Assembly (NCBI RefSeq): GCF_006345805.1
Contig: NC_043009.1
Location: forward strand, 2,542,001 to 2,606,000
Direction: 5' to 3'
DNA from: Octopus sinensis
Lineage: Eukaryota
Length of the DNA stretch: 64,000 nucleotides
Position numbers and translations under genes: made by a program. Shown here in pieces: positions 1 to 13,058 of this stretch (the first letter of the stretch is position 1; each line of letters starts with the position of its first letter). The notes below the pieces were generated by a model, which was not told where the DNA came from, did no database searches, and was given only the letters and a program-made list of their open reading frames with translations.

Positions 1-414
1 TTTGCTTTGGATGCAGGCAATTAAATTCCAGTGCAATGAAGCTGTGGTTCGAGAAAGTTTTATCACAGTTTTTGTACCAAATGACATGAACTGATTATAG
101 CCCTAATTATTTCTTAGTTGTAGATGTAAAATCGTTAACAAAGTTCATCAGAGTGTTTTCATTTAGTGTAAAGTATGTCTTAATTAAAAACCTACGCTTT
201 TCTACTCTCTTAGTAACATGTTCCAATTAGAACACCTTTAAAAAATTTGCACTCCAAAATACTTTGCTTCTTGGAAGTGTAATTATAATCAAATTAACCT
301 ATGAGACAACGTATGAGGCGGCTATCCTGTAGATTGACAGAGTACAAAATGACTGTAGGATATCCTTTTTCGACGGGAACAGAGTCTCGGGTGTACAAGC
401 TTAAATAATGATTT

Positions 415-598
415 CAAATTTTGGCACAAGGCTCGCCATTTTCACAGATGGGTTTCGTCGATTATGTCGACTGGTAATTATTTTATCGATTCGGAATGAG
501 GAAAAGCAATGTCATCCTCGGTGGAATTTGATCACAAAGCGTGAAGACGGACGAAATGCTAAGCAATTTGCCCGGCGTGCTAATGATTCTGTCAGCTC
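415..598 (-). mobile_element. SINE family B copy (tRNA-derived head, degenerate)
   Basis: Reverse complement reads gagctgacagaatcattagcacgccgggcaaattgcttagc..., matching the head and body of better copies at 6138-6524 and 46093-46662. Confidence 0.7.
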
Positions 599-856
599 CT
601 CATCTTATATAGAAACGGAAATGATAATTATACATTTTCTTGAAGGTAGGCCAACTTGCTGGAGCGAAAGCGCGCTTACTATTGCAATAAAACCAGATAC
701 TTTTAAAGGTTGTTTAATATATTCCTTTACTGTTTCTATTTCAACAGATTTCATTCATGAACAAATGTGTCTGTCTGATGTCTTAGTTTCTAATATATAG
801 TAATGGAACAAAGACAATTAGACATCCTTATGTGCAACAATAAAATAAAAATTAAA

Positions 857-1100
857 TGCATCCTTTTAAAGCATAGCCAGGCTCATGGGCTCGGTTTCCC
901 GGTTTCAATGGCGTATGTATTCCCCAGCTTGACGGGACGCCAGTCCATCGCAGCGTTACTCATTTTTGCCAGCTGAGTGGACTGGAGCAACGTGAAATGA
1001 AGTGTTTTGCTCAAGAAAACAACGCGTCGCCCGGTCCAGGAATGGAAACCACAATCTTACGATCATGATGATGACACCCTAACCACTAAGCCACACACCT
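857..1100 (-). mobile_element. SINE family C (tRNA head, CORE-like centre, V-domain-like tail)
   Basis: Near-identical to 13151-13405 and 14892-15120. A-box ggcttagtggttaggg and B-box-like gtttccattcc; tail gctgcgatggactggcgtcccgtc. Domain names are from recall, not a search. Confidence 0.85.
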
Positions 1101-1957
1101 CCACATATGCAACAATACAGAGAAAAATATCATCTACTCCAAATCTAATTCCAATATATTGTTCTATTCTACATGATTTTCCTCTAATGCATGAATTTAA
1201 GTTCCTTTTCCATTAAACGGACAGATGACAAAATTTGCTATCGTACAAACGTCGGTCTTTTTGAATCTTTGTTGCTAGTATCTAGAATTCAAAAGAACAT
1301 ATAACTAAATATGGCAATCCACCATTCAAATTCAAACATCAGTTCCTTCTGATGGATAGGACCTAAAGAATAATTTAATAATATTTCCATGTATCAGAAT
1401 TTTAAAATTCATTTTATTTCGCGTACGTGAAACATTCCACGGGTTCAAAGATATACACCTGCAATTCGCTCCCGTTAACAACACGAATTTGCTATTTACA
1501 AAATGGACGAATAAAATCACGACAAACCGTTAATATTAACAGCTTTTAAAATTTAGCTTCACTGTATAACTTAACTGACAATAAAAGAACATAAATATCG
1601 GGTTGCTTTTGAAATAACTTATAAATGAATGGAGAGGAGTAAGATTAGTGAGATTTGATTGCAGAGAAAAGTTACTTCGAAAGATCCGCAACTATAACAA
1701 TGTTCAAACATGAAGCGGAGTAACATTGCGAATGTATTGTATTAAATTTCTACAAATGAACGAATGTGACCCCAGATCCCCTGCTGAAATGCATATAAAC
1801 ATTTCCATTCTAATAAATACTATTTTGAAGTCAAATCAATCTTGAAACAAGTAGTATAGCTAAGAAGGAATAACGAAATATGGTTAATAATAATAATATG
1901 CTTTTATTCACATTCTGAATTACGAAAACACTCAAACACACATACATACATACATGC

Positions 1958-1988
<31 letters not shown>

Positions 1989-2051
1989 ATATATAAGATA
2001 TATATATATATATAAGTATATATATATATATATGTATATACATATATATAT

Positions 2052-2298
2052 ATAATTTGAAACTGACTTATTGGAAGTCCACCTGAAGATTGGTCGATCA
2101 AGACAAGAAACAATTGTAGTGGCGGTTTTTTTTGACTATTTATTAAAATTTTATGTATTGATTAAGTCTTTCCTTGTTTGTTTTGCAAAATAGTGGTTTT
2201 GTCTCTAATAATATTTTATAATATTTTACTATAAAATTGGATTTAATCCTAAATCTGATTTTTTCCCTGTAAATTTGGATTTATTCCCTAATATTTAT

Positions 2299-2300
<2 letters not shown>
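2052..2300 (+). mobile_element. Short PLE-type terminal-repeat element carrying a hammerhead ribozyme
   Basis: Bounded by (TA)n on both sides and contains the HHR at 2079-2122. Confidence 0.55.
2079..2122 (+). ncRNA. Minimal type-I hammerhead ribozyme, canonical core
   Basis: CCAC-CTGAAGA-TTGGTCgatcaaGACAA-GAAA-CAATTG-TA|GTGG. Stem I is CCAC/GTGG, the core is intact, stem III is palindromic, and the predicted cut follows GUA (2118). Confidence 0.8.
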
Positions 2301-2333
<33 letters not shown>

Positions 2334-2404
2334 CATATGTATATATATATAAGTATATATATATGTATATATATATATATATAAGTATATATATATATAT
2401 ATAT

Positions 2405-2442
<38 letters not shown>

Positions 2443-2720
2443 AGTACATATATAAATACACATAAACAAATATTTACACACACACACGCGCATATACTCA
2501 TGTTTATACATAACCATACATACATAAATATACATATATAAGCATACACATATCTACGTGTATATATCAGTCTATATACATATATTAATACACACACGCA
2601 TATATATATATATATACGTATATACATATATATATATATATATATATAAATATGAAGATATATATATTTATATGTATACATATAAGTATGTGTGTGAGTA
2701 TATATGTATTTGTTTGTATA
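2300..2720. repeat. (TA)n/(CA)n microsatellite tract, representative of dozens in the window
   Basis: Directly visible; the source of the spurious IYIY ORFs. Confidence 0.95.
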
Positions 2721-3320
2721 CATATATACTTTATTTATTCAGGAAAAAGGATAATATACTACATATTCCATGTCATCCCTATTTCAAATATCCTTTGTGT
2801 AGATAAGTGCAACTTCATTAAAATTCAAGAATAGTGTTTGTTCGAACTGTAAGAAGGAACTGCTGTTTTCATTAATTATCATAGATGACAAATGAATAAC
2901 AATATTAGTGATTGTTATTTATTGTGTTTGCCTTTCTGTGTCCCCCCCCCCTAACTCTTGTTTACACTTAATGGCTTCTGCTTTGAATGCTGAATCCTCA
3001 GTTCACCCGTTGTATAATTCCTATACACAACGGGTATATACGAATATAATCCTAAGCATAGTGACAGACACAGATAGAAACATCTCTACACAAATACACA
3101 CATACTCAGACGCGAATCCACCTAATACAAACGTACAACCACATAGGTATATACACCTGCATATATATACGTAATTGTTTATTCACGGCCGTACATGTTG
3201 CAGTATGCCATTTAAAGCCCGCTCACAGTATTCAACTACCTGTTGTCATTAACTGAATGGAGCAGTATAGTGACGGATGGGCTTCATGAATTCATTCGTG
3301 TCCGTAGAATGTTCAATTCT

Positions 3321-3395
<75 letters not shown>

Positions 3396-3402
3396 TATAT
3401 AT

Positions 3403-3595
3403 AGTGGGTGGAGAATTCACAAAAAAAAAAGAAAAGACGAAGACAGGTGGTGTAGACAGCATACAGATGTATTAGATTAACACTCGTGAAATGAAAATAT
3501 CTTTAACGTTTCAAGCCTACGCCCTTCCATAGAAAGGAACACAAAAAGAAACAAGGGGAGAAAATAAAGAATGTGTAGTGGCTAGCGATGTATTC
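3403..3595 (-). mobile_element. Short HHR-bearing repeat with degenerate HHR at 3501-3536, related to 33944-34149
   Basis: Minus strand CTTT-CTATGGA-A-GGGCgtagGCTT-GAAA-CG-TT|AAAG. Stem I and the AACGTT palindrome are intact but the core is mutated; starts at a (TA)n tract. Confidence 0.6.
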
Positions 3596-4468
3596 GTATG
3601 TGTATGTGTGTTTCCGCGTTTTTGTCTGTGTATATATAATGATGATGATGCTGATGGAAAAGTAAATTTGCCAGAAATAAAACTTAAAGAAACACACTGA
3701 ATCACACTATTCCCTTCACCAGCTGGTGGTCGAATTTCTTCAAACATTTTGATCCATTCCTTCAAAAATTGTTTAACTTGATGATGTTAGCAACATAAAC
3801 GATTCAGATATAGACATGCTTACAAGATAGATTAAGAAGGACAGAAATATCATTCGTTTAAGTGAATGATAAATAATGGCGATTTGTGATTGGAGAAGGT
3901 CAATTAAGTTGGTGGTATTGGACGTAATCAATTACGGGTATCATATCTTCGAAGTGGTGGCTGCTTAAGGTACACAAAAATATGGTGGGTGGACTAGGAA
4001 ATTTTTATGCGGCGCAATGTGGTAGTGCGTAACTAGAATGCCATATTAGATGCATATTATATATCTGTGGGTTTAGCGGCTAGCAGAGGGAAAGTGTAAA
4101 GCGTCACAGACCTGCTCCAATGCTCCCAGCTCTCTGATAGTTAACGAGTAGAATTCCTGAATTTATCAATCTCAACATTCGCAAACCGCACCGTCCTGAC
4201 TGGACATAGACAGAGTATTATTCTGTAAGCCAGTTCGCAACTGTTAGCAAAAGGTTTTGATATCCAGACAAGATATTTGTGACCTGTAATGTTAACATAA
4301 ATAGGCTCTATAATCGAGAAACATACCTATTTCGGTGTGGAAAGCTTCTCGTGAAAATGTTTTCGTCTATATTTTTTTATACGTAAAAAACCTTTCTATT
4401 TTCGTAACCATGTCGTTTAAATGTCCTCTATTTTGGTTCCAAGTGACTAATAGAGAAATGGTCACCAT

Positions 4469-4903
4469 TCTTTTACTCTTTTACTTGTCTCAGTGATTTT
4501 ACTGTGGTAATGCTGGAGCACCGCCTTTAGTCGAGCAAATCGACACCAGAACTTATTATGCGTAAGCCAAATACCTATTCTGTCGGTCTCTTTTGACGAA
4601 CCGCTAAGTTACGGGGACATAAACACACTAGCATCAGTTGTCAAGCGATGTTGGGGGGACAAAGGCAGACACACAAACATATACACAGACATACATATAT
4701 TTATATATACATATCTACATATATATACATATACATATATATACATATGTATGACGGGCGTCTTTCAGTTTCCGTCTACCAAATCCACTCACAAGGATTT
4801 AGTCGGCCCGAGACTATAGTAGAAGATACTTGCCCAAGTTGCCACGCAGTGGGACTGAACCCAGAACCATGTGGTTGGTAAGCAAGCTACTTTCCACACA
4901 GCC
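4469..4903 (-). mobile_element. SINE family A (CORE-type, tRNA-derived) with internal TA/CA microsatellite
   Basis: Matches 15651-16052 and other copies; has the CORE-like gcaacttgggcaagt motif and a (GAGTAAAA)-like tail. Confidence 0.9.
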
Positions 4904-6137
4904 AATATTAGATGAAGCGCAAGAACCAAGGTTAAGACCATATTTAAGAACATTAAATATGGCATGTGGGAAAAGCAGTGGTCACAGCGGTAACCCACAA
5001 ATTGTAGTTAGGTGGGAGAATCAGGAACCGTCAGTTATCTGCTCCATAAACAACAAGGCCATCTCAAAATTATACCCGAAGTGTAGTGGTTTACATAGAA
5101 AACCGGATTTAAATACCTGTGAGAGTTGTTTCTGCCGAGAGGCAGACGAGTAATAAGCAATAACGGAGGCAACAACAAAAAGGTAGGTTCTGGTATCCGC
5201 TTCTGATCGAGTATCAGTCGTTGCAGCTTCGCAGATAACTGGAGAGTTTTTCTTCCTCCTCATGATCGGTAGCCAAAAAAAAAAAATAATAACAGAACAC
5301 CGTCAACCGAAGTGCCACAGGAGAAGTCCAAAAGATGGAAATATCTAGAACTTGTATATCCTTTGAGTTGCAAGCTGGTGTCGCGTAACTAATTTTAGTT
5401 AACACAAGGTGAATGGAATACCAAATATTTAGCCTTCCCTCAGCGCATTAGCTTTTAAAATTGTGAACGAATAACGTCAGAAGCTGTCATTTGTTTCAAT
5501 CTGCTCCAAAGAACCAAACAAAGGCTTCATGGAGGCAGTGAATTCCTAAGCAACCATAAGATATCTGAGGTAAACCTCTCAGTAATAGAGCTTTTCTTTT
5601 CTTGTCTGAATAAAAGATACGAGCAAAAGAAATTTCCGAAATGAAACAATGGATATTGCATCAGATTTTTAGATCCAGCTGCTGAAGAATACCAATACAA
5701 TAAAATTCCAACGGAACTGTATTGTGTTGGTGTACAAAATCACCTCAGATTACACTTAATAAAATTACATAAATCTCACAAAAAAATTAGGACATGAAAC
5801 AAATACTTGTTAAATTTGGAACAGACGCATACATAATGAAAAACTTCAAGAAACACAGTACAAAATACACCGCATCCAGTCGTATATTTAAACAGATAAT
5901 CGACTCTAAAAATCACCATATCAGTAACACACCACAAGCATGTGACTCTGAGAACAATTGGTCAATCGAATATACAAAATTGAAATTAAATGTGAAATTG
6001 TAAACTTGAGTGTTACAATTTTTTACTTTAGACATACTAACAAAACCTTCTTTCATAGTGTTACCATATATTAACAATTTCCAAAGTCTATACCACACAA
6101 CAAAAACGAATATTACATGACAAAAATTATTTTCTTC

Positions 6138-6524
6138 TCTAGGCACAAGGCCCGAAAATTTTTTTCACCGGGGAAGTGGGCAGTCGATTAGATCGACCTC
6201 AGTACGCAACTGGTACTTAATTTCGAAAGGACGAAAAATAAAGTCGACCTTGGCGGAATTTGATCTCAGAAGGTAAAGACAGATGAAATACCTATTTCTT
6301 TACTACCCACAAGAGGCTACACACAGAGGGGACAAACAAGGACAGACAAACGGATTAAGTCGATTATATCGACTCCAGTGCGTAACTGGTACTTATTTAA
6401 TCGACCCCAAAAGGATGAAGGGCAAAGTCGATCACGGCGGAATTTGAACTCAGAACGTAGCGGCGGACGAAATACCGCTAAGCATTTCGCCCGGCGTGGT
6501 AACGTTTCTGCCACCTCGCCACCT
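6138..6524 (-). mobile_element. SINE family B, dimeric copy
   Basis: Head ggtggcgaggtggcagaaacgttaccacgccgggcgaaatgct, B-box gttcaaattcc, centre gcccttcatccttttggggtcgat; a second internal unit starts near 6290. Confidence 0.9.
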
Positions 6525-6598
6525 TTACAAGGAAAAAACATTAAATGATAAATGTTCATACTTTATAAAATCCACTACAAAAATAGATCATGTAAGTC

Positions 6599-6638
<40 letters not shown>

Positions 6639-6698
6639 TATATATATAATATATATATACTTATATATATAGATATATATATATATATATATACATAC

Positions 6699-6859
6699 AT
6701 ATAAGAGGGGATGACCAATAAGTGGACATCCATTATACTAGAAGTCGCCCCCCTATGGTCTTACCACTTTTCTTGAGAACATTCCTTTCTTAGTGGTAAG
6801 ACCATAGGGGGCGAGTTCTAGCATAATGGATGTCCACTTAGTGGTCATCCCACTTATAT
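6699..6859. repeat. Palindromic fold-back or MITE-like hairpin
   Basis: Arms 6699-6768 and 6792-6859 are about 90% complementary with a 23-nt loop and TA flanks. Confidence 0.85.
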
Positions 6860-7239
6860 ATCATGCAATATAATTTTTCTGAATCTTCAGATTTTTTTAT
6901 ATGTTAGACCACTGGTTTTAAATTGATATTAATCCAATCAATATTCAATTTTTCACCCTTATTATTTTAACCTCACAAAAAAACGAACAGAATTGCTTTT
7001 TTCCGAAGGGCCATCACAAATCCAATCAGTCGATAAGAAACGATACATGGCAAGTATAAAGCTTCTTAACGTTAGACTATCTGGATATGTCAAATGTGGT
7101 TTTAGGAAATATATTGTTCTTAACTAGCTGAATCTAAAACTCCAAGAAATAAAACGTGACTACAATTGTGTATTTAATGAAAACCAGGCTCACACACTCG
7201 CGCGCGTGATTATATATATGTTTGTATATATTTTGATGC

Positions 7240-7273
<34 letters not shown>

Positions 7274-7656
7274 TATATATATATATATATATAATATTAT
7301 AAAAATGGGACAAGAGCGCAAAAAACCAGAAGACGATACAAAAAACACGGACGGGTCATTCGAAGCCTTCAATCTTCAGTCTGAAGCGAATTATCCTCGC
7401 AATTTCGGCTGATTAATTTTGAGATTGCTCCAATCTGGCCACATACATAAATACATACAATTTTTTTAATACATATATTATCTCTCTCTCACTTTCGCCC
7501 TCCCTCTCTATATATGTGTGTGTATATATATATATATATGCATGTGTGTATATATTTGTATATATATATATGTATGTATATGTGTGTGTATGCGTGTATG
7601 TATAAATTTATATATATATGTGTGTGTGTGTGTGCGTATATACATACACATATATA

Positions 7657-7733
<77 letters not shown>

Positions 7734-8589
7734 AGTGCGGGTACCAGGGAGACCAGAAAATATTTTTAAGTCCCTTTGTAGCAACTTTGATCACCACAAA
7801 ACCCGCAAACCACCCTAGCCTTGCAGACTTTTGGATACATGTCGATTATTTAATGTGACATGACAAACGATTCAATCCTCCACCTGAATCTGCTGTGAAG
7901 ATCGCTCCGCCGCCTTTCCTTTACCGGGAACGATAATCATTTTTATGTGTCTGATATTGATGGCGAGGTAAGTTGTCTAGCCAAAGAGAATGAAATAGCT
8001 GAAGACATACTCACTCCTCTTCTGATGAAGACATACTCACTCCTCTTCTGATCAACCCAGATGGACTTTTACAAGGTGAAAAGGGAGCCGAGAGAGCAGC
8101 ACGGACTGCTGCCTTCGAGTAAAAATGTTAAAGCAAAGCTTGGAGTAGGAAGCATTATCCAAGTGAGCCGGCCAACGCTGATCGCGTGATTTTAGATTTA
8201 AAAAAGAACAGCTGGATAAAGGCGCATGTTTCATTAATCAGGGCAACCGTCCTTCTGTGTTTTCGTAAATCTTCTCTACTGCAAAATGCTCCTTCTTTAA
8301 AATGTTATTCTTTCCATGCCGCGGTTTCTCACAATTACTTTACGGACACACAAACATATGTGCACACAACACATACAAACTGTTTGAGTTTGTAATCTTC
8401 TCGTCATAATGTCTTGTATTTAAGTGAAGTTTGATGACTACTAGGGAAGCTAACATCACCCACATTATTAGGACTGGAGTCTTTGTTATTAGTATTGCTA
8501 TGATTAATGCGGTGTCAATAAGAGGGAGTATCAATGAACTATAGAGTCACCTTCACTCCTACAAATTGTTGGCCATGTGCCAATTTGAG

Positions 8590-9023
8590 AAAAAATTGTT
8601 CTTCTTCTCCTTCTGCTTCTTCTTTTTCTTCTTCTTCTTCTTCTTCTTCTTCTTCTTCTTCTTCTTCCCCTCCTTCTTCTTCTTCCCCTCCTTCTTCTTC
8701 TTCTCCTTCTTCTTATTCTTCTTCTGTTTCTCCTTCTTCTTCTTTTTCTTCCTCTTCTTCTTTTTCTTCTTCTTCCCCTTCTTCTTCTTCTCCTTCTTCT
8801 TCTTCTTCTTCTTCTTCCCTTTCCTCTTCTGCTTCTTCTTCTTCTTCTTCTGTTTCTCTTCTTCTTCTTCTTCTTCTTCTTCTTCTTCTTCTTCTTCCCC
8901 CTTCTTTTTCTTCCTCTTCTTCGTCTTATTATTATTATTATTGTTATTATTATTATTATTAATATTATCATTATTATCATTATTATTATTATTATTATTA
9001 TCATTATTCGTAGTAGTAGTAGC

Positions 9024-9054
<31 letters not shown>

Positions 9055-9055
9055 T

Positions 9056-9110
<55 letters not shown>

Positions 9111-9125
9111 TGTAGTAGTAGTTGT
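8590..9125. repeat. Compound trinucleotide microsatellite (TTC)n-(TTA)n-(TAG)n
   Basis: Directly visible. Confidence 0.95.
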
Positions 9126-9379
9126 ATGTAAGACGGCGAACTGGCAGAATCATTTGCACGCCGGACACAATACTCGGCATCATTTGGCCCGCCTTTGCAT
9201 TCTGAAATTAATAACTTCCACCGGATTCACCTCTGCCTTGTACTATTTCACTGGTTTTAGAAGAAGTAGCAGTTACGCACTGGGCTTGATGGAATCGAGT
9301 AACCGCCTTCTGTCTATTCTACAACTATCATCATTGTCATCATTTTCAACATCATCGTCGTCGTAGCCATAATACTAAT

Positions 9380-9432
<53 letters not shown>

Positions 9433-9633
9433 TATTCCCATCGCCATTCCCATCGTCCATGGGGAATAATGATATTGCACATCGTCATCCTCCTCCTCGC
9501 CCTTCTCTTCGTTGTCCTCCTCCTCCTCATCATCACCATCATAATCATCGTTGTCATCATCATCATCATTATCCTTATTCTTGGTATTATGATACTGCTC
9601 CTTTTTCTTGTCCTTATTATCATTATTATTATC

Positions 9634-9699
<66 letters not shown>

Positions 9700-9966
9700 C
9701 AATAAAAGCTTATTTAATATTAGAAAATACTAAACACGTGCCAGAATTTAATCGAATCTTGAATTTCACTTAACATTTAATGTTAGATAATCGAAAGTTA
9801 TCTTCTTTTTTTCCTTGTTTTCCATTAACTGAGTTTAATATCTAAGCTATATTGAAAAAGGAAGAAAATTACAAAATAAACAAAATAAATTAATAATAAT
9901 AATAATAATAATAATATAATAATAATAATAATAATAATAATGATGATGATGATCATGATGATGGTG

Positions 9967-10030
<64 letters not shown>

Positions 10031-10053
10031 TAATAACAATAATAACAATAATA

Positions 10054-10124
<71 letters not shown>

Positions 10125-10125
10125 C
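9380..10125. repeat. (TAA)n, (CAT)n, (TTA)n and (TAA)n tracts
   Basis: Directly visible. Confidence 0.95.
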
Positions 10126-11184
10126 GAAACTAGAATTGAAGTATAGATCATCAAATTGTATTGAGATTTCTGCGAGAAGAAAACTTCATGTTTTGAACCG
10201 ATTCCAATCTAACAGTAATTTAATTTTTTCAAAATTTCTTTCCAGTTTAATACACACGTATTACGCGAAATATGATTTGAAAACGTATAAAGAATGTTAT
10301 TATGACATTTGTCATAAATATATCTATTGTACACAAGAGAAAATATAATCAATTCAAAGCTGAAATATCCAGAATGATATCTATATTTTCCATAGAAATC
10401 GTAGAGGCCACTCATGTTTTCCGTTAGTCTTTGTAGTTAATAGGGAAACTGATTTGTTCTGTAGGTGTTTTGAAGTTTAAACCATAAATGCCTTCGATTC
10501 ATATTGTTATGCCAGAACCTTTTTGAAAATTCAACTTCAAGAAGATCATTGCAGGAATATTATAAGAACAACGCAGAAAAGATGGAAAAGAACCACATAA
10601 ATAGTACACAGCAGAAAGTTATATAAACAAGTCGGACGCTCAGTTTATGATGCTGTACCCACTATTCTCGTGGGGACATATTCAGCATACACCAACTCAA
10701 TTTCACATAAAAGTAATCCTGTACAAAATTTGTGAGAACAGAAAGGAGCCCGTCGTATATTTCTCCCATTTTTCTGCCTTCTCAACTCCCCTAACCTTTA
10801 CCATATTTACGCCGAATCAAATTCCACGTCACACTGTTCACACACTTACCATTGCACCTATCTCTCAACAGAGATACTCTCCTTTATATGCACAGAACAC
10901 CACACATATTCCTATCTTCCGAACTCCACATGAGACACCTACATTCTCAAACGCCCCTAAACGCATTTGTAAACATTCTCTACCCTCTTTTCCACCATAC
11001 TTCTCTTTTATATGTTCTCTAATTCATTTATTGATTATTTGAAGTATTCCTCAACGTCGAATCCTTTCCTTTTCGTTTCAAGCGTGAAACAAATAATACT
11101 TTTCGCGTTTGCTTTTTTTCTCTCATTCATCACACACACATACGCACATTAATACATACATAGATATACACACCCGTGTGTATG

Positions 11185-11370
11185 TGTGTGTTTGTGTTTT
11201 GTCCCCTACCATCATTGCTTATCAACCCTTGTTCGCTTGTTTACATCCCTCGTAACTTAGCGTTCCGCGCAAAAGAGATCGATTGAGTACTAGGGTCATT
11301 TTGCTCAACTAAATGCATTCACGGTGGTGCTCCAGTATAGCCATATTCGAGTTACTGAAATAAATGAGAC
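11185..11370 (+). mobile_element. SINE family A 3' fragment, degenerate
   Basis: gtaacttagcg...aaaagagatcgat...ggtgctccag matches the family A 3' half. Confidence 0.65.
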
Positions 11371-11483
11371 TGACATACGTAAAAGATAACACACACACAT
11401 GCACACACACAACACACATGCACACATGCATATATATATATATATATATGTCGACACAGGTACGCCTAGACATATATGTATCG

Positions 11484-11530
<47 letters not shown>

Positions 11531-11533
<3 letters not shown>

Positions 11534-11782
11534 TTAGATATGTTTCGACCAAAGATTGGTCCAGGCCATGTCTTACTTAATAGCACCACCTGATAGGATT
11601 ATCTAAATCCTGTTTAAGTCAAGTTTTGTTTATGGTCCATTCAAGTAGTGAGATCTTGTTGAGTGGGTTGTATCCAAGTATGGGTGGCTTATCCGGTATT
11701 CCTTAAAGAAATCTTTCCAGACTCCGTTTAAAAGTGATGGGATCCTTTTCCTCTTTGATCTCTTTCGGGACAATGTTAAACA
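11531..11782 (-). mobile_element. 3' end of a CR1/L2-like LINE, 5'-truncated
   Basis: My translation FNIVPKEIKEEKDPITFKRSLERFL*GIPDKPPILGY fits the post-RT C-terminal FNxLP..FK..LD.FL..IPD.P motif; a short 3' UTR runs into (TA)n. Confidence 0.7.
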
Positions 11783-11806
11783 TATGTATATATAAAGATA
11801 TATATA

Positions 11807-13058
11807 CAGGGTGCGGTGAAGAAATTGTCGTCTAAATCAGGCAAAAATGAAAATAACATATAATTTTAACAGATATATTTACCTAAATTACGTAAAAAAG
11901 CATCTTGAAATACTAAAAAGTAAATTTATTCAATAAATTCGTCATTGGTTTCAACCGCAGCCTTCAGAGGACTACGGAATCTCCTGCATGGTTGGTCTCC
12001 TTATTTAAGTTGGTAAATGGTGCCATAATCTTTGCCTTCATTTCATATTTGGTGTTAAAGGAGGTTTGTTGGTCTGTCGTGCAAATGCGCCCCACACAGA
12101 AGAATCAAGGGGGTGTCTGATGGCCAGATGTGATGTGGTAGCAGAAATTATCTGACAGCCATGACTGGGTTATCCTGCTTGTGTGGCATGGTGAAGAATT
12201 CTGATGCCAGAAATAGGATTTTCCAGCAGACACACTCTTGACCTAGGGCAGCACTACCTCCTCCACGTACTTCATGTAGGTTTCGATGTTGAGTCTGAGG
12301 CCGTGTGGGAAGATGAATGGAGGCATAACATCGCCATCACTAGTGATCACTTCAAACACCATGATGTTGACTGGATGTTTGATTTTTTATCACTTTCAGT
12401 ATATGTTTTGGGGACCCGCAAGCCGACGGTTGTTCTGTGTCTTAAACATCTGATCTTAGCAGAAATTTTTCTCGTCTGAGGAAACCCAGCGCCTGTTCAA
12501 TTGAAGGGGATGATTGAAACTTCGTAGCGCGGTCTTACCTCTTGTCTTTGATGGCTTGCGATAAAAATTGACCCTTTCTCATCCTTTTTGAAGAATACTG
12601 AATGTCTTCATGCACTACCTGCATGATGAGAAACTCAGATACTTCCATGTCCCTGTCAATGGCTCTGATTGACTTGGAGAGATCGTTGGCAATCATGACC
12701 TGGATCACACCAACATATTCAGGAGGTCTTTTCTTATCAGAGCGATTAGAGTGAGTTTCCCGAGCTGCTGTACCTTCGTAATCGCAATTAGACTCATTGA
12801 ACTCTTTTCGAATCATCTGCACTGTCCTCAGGTTGACACCGAAATATTTAGAAATGTTCGTCTTGCAGCCTCCTTCACGAATGCCAAGCACAACAGTATG
12901 TCGTTTCCAAATTTCCGGCAATGAATTGCGTCATGCTACTGTTTTTCTCACAGACGGTGCCCAACTGACACTACTAAACTATGTAATCGATAGAATCGAA
13001 AAGACAAAACGCGCATGCGCGAACTTAATATATATAATGTCAACAATTTACCCATCGC

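Noticed and set aside
408-800. 130-aa ORF with a GT donor and a good acceptor near 748
   Set aside because: The first half is an antisense SINE and there is no recognisable protein motif.
5640-5900. Possible decayed RTE-like RT fragment (ILVKFG.D..I)
   Set aside because: Similarity is too weak to support without a profile search.
7310-7440. Repeat-like segment with CTGAAGA on the minus strand
   Set aside because: Could not build GAAA, stem III and stem I in the proper order.
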